NCBI GenBank assembly: GCA_963819815.1
Contig: CAWFXL010000001.1
Location: 224,001 to 288,000, forward strand
DNA from: an uncultured bacterium
Lineage (GTDB): Bacteria > Babelota > Babeliae > Babelales > Babelaceae
Direction of reading: 5' to 3'
DNA: 64,000 nt
A model generated the notes under the pieces. It searched no databases, was not told where the DNA came from, and saw nothing but the letters and a program-made list of their open reading frames with translations. Every line of letters starts with the position of its first letter. Position 1 is the stretch's first letter. The position numbers and the translations under genes were made by a program. This document shows, piece after piece, positions 56,598-64,000 of this stretch.

Positions 56598-57607
56598 TTA
56601 TTTGTCCCAATCAAGAGACCCTGCAGTTTGATATTCAGTAACACGCGTTTCAAAGAAGTTCTTTTCTTTGGTTAAATCGGTTGATTGTGACATCCAAGGG
56701 AATGGATTGTTTTTACCATATAGTTTTGGCAAATCGATTCGTTCAAGACGGCGATCAGCAATATATTCTACATAATCACAGAACTGTTGTGCATTAATAC
56801 CGAGCATCCCTTGAGGACAGGCATCAAATGCATAGGTCTTTTCAAGAATGACCGACTTTCTTATTAGCTCAACAATCTCATCTTTAAATTCTGGAGTCCA
56901 TACTTCTGGATTTTCTTCTTTGATCGTATTGATAAGATCGCAACCAAATGCTAAATGGAGGCTTTCGTCGCGCATGATATATTCAAATTGCTCACCAATG
57001 CCAATCATTTTATCTTGACGTTTAAGTGCAAGCATCATGGCAAAGCCAGCATAGAAGAATATTCCTTCCATGATCACATAAAACCCAATCAGATCATGCA
57101 AAAAGCGTTGAATGTTTTCTGGCCCAACGGTGCTAAAGTTCGGATCAAAAATAGATTTAGTAAGGTCAACTACAAAATCATCTTTTTCTTTGATGGATGG
57201 AATCGTATTATACATGTTAAAAATTTCATCAGGATTAAGTCCCAATGAATCACAACAATAGATAAACGTATCGGTATGTACTGCTTCTTCATATGCTTGA
57301 CGCAAGAGATACTGGCGACATTCAGGATTGGTCACATGTCGGTATACAGTAAGCACTAGATTATTTGCCGTTAGTGATTCTGCCGTTGCAAAAAATCCAA
57401 GATTCCAGAGAATCAGTCGTCGTTCAGTTTCTGATAAGACATGTGGTGATTTCCATTGCTCAACATCTTTCTGCATCGAGATTTCTTCAGGGGTCCAGTT
57501 ATTAGCAACTCCATCTTTATAATGCTGACGTGCCCACAGATAGCGCATGGGTAAAATTTTATTAGGATCTACCGTAGAATTATTAATAATTCCTTTATTT
57601 TTGCCAT
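56598..57607 (-). CDS. nrdB: Ribonucleotide reductase beta subunit, class Ic-type (one A apparently missing at 57598-57602)
   Basis: NLGFFATAES, EEAVHTDTF, MEGIFFY, RDESLH, KEKNFFETRV.EY; own RBS AAGGA and ATG at 57607. Confidence 0.93.
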
Positions 57608-57621
57608 GAGGTTCCTTTATA

Positions 57622-60219
57622 TTATTGACAGTTTCACATTCTGGATCGATGAGTGAGCATGCTTTTGGTAATTCAAAAGAAGTGTCACTTTCCATCGACG
57701 TTAATGAAGCACCCATGTAGGTATTTTTAGCAATTTCTTCAGTTGCACGCGCTTGCGCAGTAGCTTCTACAGCTTCTTGAGTGGCTCCGTATTCACGTTT
57801 TTGAGTAAACCCAAATTTCTTCGCATCAAGCGTTGATTTTTCAATCTGGCTTGCACCCAAGGTACGCAAGTAGTACGTAGTTTTTAGGCCAAGCTTCCAT
57901 GCTGTCATATAAATATCATGCAGCTTCTTACCCGAAACACCTTTCATAAAGACATTATGCGATTGACTTTGATCAATCCATTTACCACGCGCAGCGGTAA
58001 TCTTTAACAGCCACATAGGATCGATTTCAAATGCCTCTTTATATTTCGCCTTAATCTCGTCAGGGATAGAGCTAATCATATGCACTTGCCATCATAATAT
58101 TTAAGCTGTTCAAGCATATCTGAGTTCCACAAACCAAGCTTTTTTAGATCTTGAACTAAATAGCTATTAACCACGGTAAATTCACCGCTCATATTTGCTT
58201 TTACATAGATATTTTTGTAAATCGGCTCGATGCACGGAACAGTTCCAGCAATCGTTGAAATCGTTGCAGTTGGGGCAATTGCCATGAAATTAGAATTGCG
58301 CATGCCATACTGCTTAACCATAGTACGTACGGGAGTCCAATCAAGCACCCCATCTTGAGGAGCTGATGGATCAAGTTTCATGCCACGTTCTTGTTCAAGT
58401 AAAGCAACGGTATCTTGCGGAAATAATCCACGATCCCATTTAGAACCTTTATAGGACTCATAGGCTCCACGCTCTTTTGCTAACTCTGATGAAGTGCGAA
58501 TCGCATAATAGGCGATCTTTTCCATCGTTTGATCAGCAAACTCAAGTGCTTTTTCAGAACCGAATGCAATATCAACTTATAAAAAGCATCTTGCAATCCC
58601 ATAATGCCAAGCCCAACAGGGCGATGGCGTTTGTTGGCATTTTCTGCTTCTTTAATGGGATAGAAGTTAATATCAATCACATTATCAAGCATGCGAACAG
58701 CAGATTTTACCGTCTTTGCAAGTAGTTGTTCATTCAACTTCTTGTTGTCGATCATGCGTGAGAGGTTGATTGAACCTAAATTACAGACAGCCGTTTCTTC
58801 AGCAGAGGTATTGAGGGTAATTTCGGTGCAGAGGTTTGAGCTGTGAATCACCCCTACATGATCTTGCGGAGAACGAATATTACACGGATCTTTAAACGTA
58901 ATCCATGGATGGCCCGTTTCAAATAAACGACTTAACATTTTACGCCAAAGCTGTGTCGCGGGAACAACTTTAAAAATGTGTATTTGACCTTGTTGTGCTT
59001 TTTTCTCATAAGCGATATACCGAGCTTCGAAATCTTTTCCATACATATGATGCAATTCAGGCACTTCATCTGGTGAAAAGAAGGTCCAATCTTCATCTGC
59101 AAGCACACGCTTCATAAACAGATCAGGAATCCAATTTGCGGTATTAATATCATGCGTTCGGCGCCGTTCATCACCCGTATTTTTACGTAGATCAAGAAAA
59201 TCTTCGATATCCAAGTGCCATGTTTCAAGATACACTACCGTGGCTGCACGCCGTTTACCGCTACGATTAATAGCTGCAGTGACCGCATTATTGATTTTTA
59301 AGAATGGAATTACCCCTTGGCTTTCTGTTTTGATACTCTTAATAACTGACCCGACTGCACGAATATTGGTCCAGTCATTAGCAACACCACCAGACCATTT
59401 AGAAAGTTGTGCATTATCTCCTAAGCATTTAAAAATATGCGTTAAATCATCTTCTACCGTTGTTAAAAAGCATGAGCTTAATTGAGGACACCCAAGACCT
59501 GCATGGAGCAAGGTTGGTGTACTTGGTACATAGTGCAGCTGAGACATGACCTCATAAAATTCTAAAGCGCGCTCATTTTTATGGGGCTCATTATAGGCTA
59601 AGCCCATAGCTACGCGCATCCAAAAAGTCTGAGGAAGTTCTATACGGGTCGATTCCTGTTTCACAAAATAGCGTTCATAAAGTGTTTTGAGTCCCATATA
59701 GTCAAGAAGAAGATCGCGCTCAGGATGGATTTGCTGAGCAAGATACTCAAGATCAAATTCACTCATCCTTGCATCATAGATCTCTGCGGCAATACCCTGT
59801 TGGATGGCATGTACAAATGACTTTTGATAGATCGCTTCAAAGCCCGTAGCAAGCACCGATTGTTTGGTGACTTCTTTAAAGAGCTTTTTAAAGAGAAGTC
59901 GAGAGGCCGCTAAACCATAGGCTGGATCCTGCTCGATAAATGAGCTCGTTGACAGGATTAATGCTTCAGCAATTTCTTGGTGGTTTACCCCATCAAAAAT
60001 ATTCCGTAACGTTTCATCGAGTATACTTTGAGCATCAATGCTCTGCTCATACTGCGTTGAGGCCCAGGCAATAGTACGCATAATGCGCTCTTGCTCGAGT
60101 GGTTTTCTTGAGCCATCTGCTGCGGTAATCGTTAAAACTGGATCAAGTGATTCTTGATATGGTTGCTCATTAAATTCGTGAGCACCTGGGATGCGCATCG
60201 CGCCGCGTACTTGTTCCAT
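57622..60219 (-). CDS. nrdA: Ribonucleotide reductase alpha subunit with ATP cone (three apparent single-base deletions)
   Basis: [52 protein letters not shown]-terminal ACS..DPECE(T)CQ; frame breaks near 58574, 58085 and 57631. Confidence 0.93.
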
Positions 60220-60670
60220 AATATCCTTTCATTCTGCCATTCCACTAACTGTCCTCATACCGCACAAAAAAAGCAAATACTCCTCTCTCTACTCGTAGTT
60301 TTTTTATCCTCCAGATACTTTTCTTTTTTTTACTTGAATATAATGAATGGCACGGACTTTCATCACCACAGGAACAATTTATTAAGTCCCACAGTTTTGC
60401 CGACATCGTATTCCTAATGTACCCCTTTCATACCCCGTAAGCAACCAGTTTTTTAATCTTTTTTCCTTGAAAAAATAAGGAACTTGAACTTTCGTTTTCT
60501 TGCGTACACATGGAGGTTCTCGTGCTCTTTGGTGCGAGAGATTCTCCTTTTAGGCATGTATAAAAAGTCATCGGTCTCTTTAGGAAGATGAAGATAGCAT
60601 CACCTGAAGCTCAAGAGTACTCTGAGCATAGACATTGGACTTTGCTTGCTCTGATGCGATAGGAGGCGTG

Positions 60671-61792
60671 CTAGTATCCATTTTCAAGTAGGGCAATATA
60701 GGGATCGAAACGATAGAGCTTATCACGCTTTTGCTTCGTGACCTCTTGCAAGAAACCTAGGGCGACAAACTGGAGAATTATTTTGGAGGATGTATTGTAG
60801 GTCTTATTAAGATGCTTACTCAGTTCTCGAATGTTAACGATCGGCATCTGAAACATGAGATCTAAAGCCTGATAAGGAGCTTCACCCATTTTACCTAAGA
60901 TGCTATCATTTCGTATGAGCTGTTGGATTTCTTCTTCAAGTGCTTGAATCTGCTTTATGCGCTTAAAGGCATCAAGACTACTATCTCTTATTGCTTTGAG
61001 ATAATAGGCTAACCAGCCTTCAAAGTCTCCAACAGTACGCACTGCATTTAATCTCATATAATATTCAGAATGGTGCTTCTTAAAATAGTATGAGGGATAG
61101 AGGGCTGGAATAGATAAGAGTTCGTTCTTAATAAGCATAAGTACAATAAGCATTCTTCCAATCCTACCATTGCCATCAAGAAAGGGGTGTATCGTCTCAA
61201 ATTGTACGTGCGCAAGCCCCGATTTAATAAGTGGTGGATAGTCATCTGAGCGATTAATATAACTTTCAAACTCGCCCATGAGATCGGGTACCTGAGATGC
61301 GGGGGGAGGAACCAACTCTCCTACACGAACAGCCTGTTTTCTGAAATTCCCCGGGTTACTATGATCTTCTCCACAGAGCGTCATCAGTGCCTTATGGGCA
61401 CCCAAGATCACTCTATTTGCGATAGGCAATCCTTCCTTAGTGATCATAGCCAAAGAGATATCGAGTGCATTTGTATAATTTAAAACAAGCTCAGTTTCCT
61501 TATTAGGCTTAGAATCGACCAAGGTTTGTGAATAGACATCAAATAAGGTGGTATGTATCCCCTCAATCGCAGAAGATAAAAGGGCCTCTTTTATGACGTA
61601 TGCTTTGATAAAGCGCTGGGGATCGGGCAGCTGTGCAGCGAGTGCATTCAATTGCCCAAGCTGGAAGCTGGCTTCGCCATATAGCATCGTAAGTTCCTGA
61701 GTTAACTGTAAAGGAGGGTTCTGCGGTGGCAGTGGATGCGGAATAAAATGTTCAATGTCGCCAATCTTCAGATACGTGCCAGTAACGCGCAT
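60671..61792 (-). CDS. Fic-domain protein (class II, N-terminal inhibitory motif, C-terminal HTH-like)
   Basis: HPFLDGNGRIGR; SSAIEG inhibitory motif. Confidence 0.92.
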   Translation of the reverse strand: MRVTGTYLKIGDIEHFIPHPLPPQNPPLQLTQELTMLYGEASFQLGQLNALAAQLPDPQRFIKAYVIKEALLSSAIEGIHTTLFDVYSQTLVDSKPNKETELVLNYTNALDISLAMITKEGLPIANRVILGAHKALMTLCGEDHSNPGNFRKQAVRVGELVPPPASQVPDLMGEFESYINRSDDYPPLIKSGLAHVQFETIHPFLDGNGRIGRMLIVLMLIKNELLSIPALYPSYYFKKHHSEYYMRLNAVRTVGDFEGWLAYYLKAIRDSSLDAFKRIKQIQALEEEIQQLIRNDSILGKMGEAPYQALDLMFQMPIVNIRELSKHLNKTYNTSSKIILQFVALGFLQEVTKQKRDKLYRFDPYIALLENGY

Positions 61793-61983
61793 GGGATTCC
61801 TTGTAAGCTTTGTAAGTATCGGGGAAAGCATAGTGCAGATTTGCTTTAATTTCAAGGAAGGGTTGTTTTTTAAAATAATAATAGAATAGAGGGAAAAGCT
61901 AGAGCGCAAAGGCCAGAAAAGACAAAGGGAAGCTGATCCTGAGGGGCTATGTAGAATTTTGGGAAGAAAAAGTTATCGGCACC

Positions 61984-62146
61984 GTATTTCAAAAATTTGA
62001 TGATTGTTGAAATACTCTTGAGGGAGCATAGGCCTTATTTCAATCTTATGAAATAGCACCTTGAAGCAGTGTTGGTTATTTCAAAAAGTTGCCGGTCTTT
62101 GAAGTAACCAACACTGCGGCTTTCAGTTATTTCAGGATATGAAATA
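61984..62146. promoter_or_regulatory. Array of four TATTTCA...TGAA(A/G)TA inverted repeats
   Basis: Units at 61984-62015, 62036-62055, 62066-62117 (20-bp arms) and 62128-62146. Confidence 0.6.
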
Positions 62147-62444
62147 TACGAAATGCTCTCAAAAGTTTATTCTATCGCATAAATTAGACAAAAGATGGAA
62201 AAAACAAGAAGTACGATTACCTATGAAGTTGAAATTTTTGATCTTAGTGTCGCTATAATACTTTTTTAACAATTGGATGGGACACTAGGCGTTTTTAACA
62301 GCACAATGCTACTGTTTCTGAGCCCTATTAGATAATCGTTTAGGTAAATGGAGCAAAAGATGAAACGCTTTTTGTTTATTTTTTTGGCTATTTATTGTAT
62401 GCTAAATAAGGTATTGACAATCCCAAGCAAAAGAAAGGATAACA

Positions 62445-62690
62445 ATGGCAACTACAATCAGACTTGATGACGCTACAATCGAAATTTTGAGACAACTTGA
62501 GCAACAATTGGGAATGTCTAAGAAGAATATTCTAAGAGATGCACTTGATAAGTACCAAAGAGATAAGTATATAGATGACCTTAATGCTTATTATAAAGCG
62601 CTACAAGATGATCCTACTCTTTGGGCGAAAGAGCTTGCAGAACGTGAAATTTGGGAGAGCGCATCTAATGATGGTCTGGAGGATCTATGA
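62445..62690 (+). CDS. Ribbon-helix-helix antitoxin
   Basis: MATTIRLD...MSKKNILRDAL; ATGA overlap with toxin. Confidence 0.8.
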   Translation: MATTIRLDDATIEILRQLEQQLGMSKKNILRDALDKYQRDKYIDDLNAYYKALQDDPTLWAKELAEREIWESASNDGLEDL

Positions 62691-63031
62691 ATAGCAGGCC
62701 ACAACGTGGGGAAGTTTGGTTTGCAGATTTTGACCCATCTCATGGTCGCGAAGTGACAAAAACTCGACCATGTATTATTCTCTCCATCAATAAGTTTAAT
62801 AATGGGTACTCAAATCTTGTGATTGCTGTTCCTCTTACAAGTAAAGAGAAACATCAATCACCTATCGCCATAATGCCACCAGAAGGAGGCTTGTCCGTAC
62901 CATCTTATGTTTTATGCGAACAAATTAGAGCCTTATCACTGAGTCGTTTTTCAAGAAAGCCTCTGGGTAGTGTCAATGAAAACACGCTGTTTGCTATTGA
63001 AAAGGCCATAGCTAATCTTTTAGGGTTTTAA
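62687..63031 (+). CDS. mazF: MazF/PemK-family endoribonuclease toxin
   Basis: RGEVWFADFDP..G.E..K.RP.IILS...FN...VIAVPLTS...CEQIR.LS..R. Confidence 0.92.
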   Translation: MNSRPQRGEVWFADFDPSHGREVTKTRPCIILSINKFNNGYSNLVIAVPLTSKEKHQSPIAIMPPEGGLSVPSYVLCEQIRALSLSRFSRKPLGSVNENTLFAIEKAIANLLGF

Positions 63032-63137
63032 GCGTATTCAAAACAACTTTCTATTCAATTAAATTAGAATCGGAAGTTTTTACTTTGCCCATAAATCCAA
63101 AATCTATCATTGTTTTAGTGATAAGAATATGATAATC

Positions 63138-63156
63138 TATCACTCATTGAGTGATA
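63138..63156. promoter_or_regulatory. Palindromic operator-like site upstream of AAA+ gene
   Basis: TATCACTCA-T-TGAGTGATA; AGTGATAAGAATA direct repeat at 63117 and 63150. Confidence 0.55.
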
Positions 63157-63189
63157 AGAATAACTGGTTAAAAGAAAAGGCTTGTGGTA

Positions 63190-64000
63190 ATGACTTATTT
63201 ATCAATTCTACAACGCTTATTGAGTGAGTTTTATACGAAATTGGATCATCTTGACGATATGGTGATCCGAGATGCGGTATTTCCTGAAGCGCCCAACAAA
63301 ATTAAAGTTGCCATAGGCATGAGGCGCGTGGGGAAAACCTATTTTCTTTATCAACACATCAAGAAACTCTTAGATACAGGAGTTGACAGAAAGAGCATCC
63401 TCTTCATAAATTTCGAGGATGATCGACTCCTGCCCATGGATCATCAAAAATTGGCAGCGCTCATAGAGGCTTTCTATTCACTCTATCCTGAAAACCATGA
63501 ACGGAAATGTTATCTTTTCCTTGATGAAATCCAAAATGTGGATAATTGGCCACTAGTCATACGGCGTTTCCATGATACCCTCAAGGTGGAGATATTCTTA
63601 ACTGGTTCGTCAGCAAAACTTTTAAGTAAAGAAATAGCAACTAATTTGCGTGGGAGATCACTCGCTGTTGAAATTTGGCCGTATAGCTTTAACGAGTATA
63701 AGCGGTCAAAGAAATTCACAATAGATACAGACTTATATGATAAAAGAAGCGAAGACAAGCTCAAGCAGCTTTTTCATAGCTATTTATCTGAGGGTGGATT
63801 TCCTGAGGTTACCACCTATGCGCCTGATGTGCGCCAACAAACCCTTCAAGATTACCTGGATATAGTTATATACAGAGACATAATAGAGCGCCATAAGGTT
63901 GCAAATCCGAGTATTATTAAGCACATGATTCTGTCGATGATTCATAACGTAGGCAACCCGTTTACCATTAATAAGTTTTACCATGCGCTTCAAAGTCAAG
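63190..64000 (+). CDS. AAA_14/DUF4143-type ATPase, truncated by window end
   Basis: Read by hand: MTYLSIL...GMRRVGKT...INFEDDRL...FLDEIQ...LTGSSAKLLSKEIAT.LRGR...GGFPE; paralog of 1534..2874. Confidence 0.9.
   Translation, partial: MTYLSILQRLLSEFYTKLDHLDDMVIRDAVFPEAPNKIKVAIGMRRVGKTYFLYQHIKKLLDTGVDRKSILFINFEDDRLLPMDHQKLAALIEAFYSLYPENHERKCYLFLDEIQNVDNWPLVIRRFHDTLKVEIFLTGSSAKLLSKEIATNLRGRSLAVEIWPYSFNEYKRSKKFTIDTDLYDKRSEDKLKQLFHSYLSEGGFPEVTTYAPDVRQQTLQDYLDIVIYRDIIERHKVANPSIIKHMILSMIHNVGNPFTINKFYHALQSQ

Noticed and set aside
56598..58085. Apparent NrdA C-terminus/NrdB fusion (495-aa ORF)
   Set aside because: Two single-base deletions explain it; the NrdA stop (57622-57624) and NrdB RBS + ATG (57607) are still visible
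58076..58580. Programmed ribosomal frameshifting, intein or intron in nrdA
   Set aside because: No usable slippery heptamer (slipping at the T run gives an immediate stop) and no inserted sequence; simple missing bases
60480..60670. Possible ncRNA between nrdA and fic
   Set aside because: Only short wobble-rich hairpins; no tRNA, riboswitch or 6S features I can support

Overview
A 64 kb window of an AT-rich bacterial chromosome containing dnaA. Housekeeping genes (dnaA, pgk, lolC/E-family, rpiB, trxB, pepA, ftsW, murD, ileS, nrdA/nrdB) alternate with many orphan or paralogous genes carrying N-terminal signal peptides. Several of these have eukaryote-like or host-directed domains: RING-H2, PI-PLC-like, PI3/4-kinase-like, sulfotransferase, Nudix, J-like and helical repeats. 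This mix suggests an intracellular parasite of protists, plausibly Ca. Dependentiae/Babelota (inference, not verified). Main unexplained structures: (1) an 8-gene tandem array of small exported proteins with a constant leader, shuffled low-complexity modules and a recurring PPLPPKR motif; (2) a shared C-terminal amphipathic-helix + KYC tail on a 1359-aa SprB-like repeat protein and two small paralogs, a candidate sorting signal; (3) a RING-H2 finger interrupted by about 195 residues of helical insert; (4) several non-coding palindromes and dispersed repeats. NrdB has the class Ic (Mn/Fe, Phe instead of the radical Tyr) signature. At least seven small indels (four in nrdAB) look like sequencing or assembly errors, so frameshift-based claims need care. 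I recognised no rRNA, tRNA or CRISPR array. All domain calls come from motifs read by eye; no searches were run.
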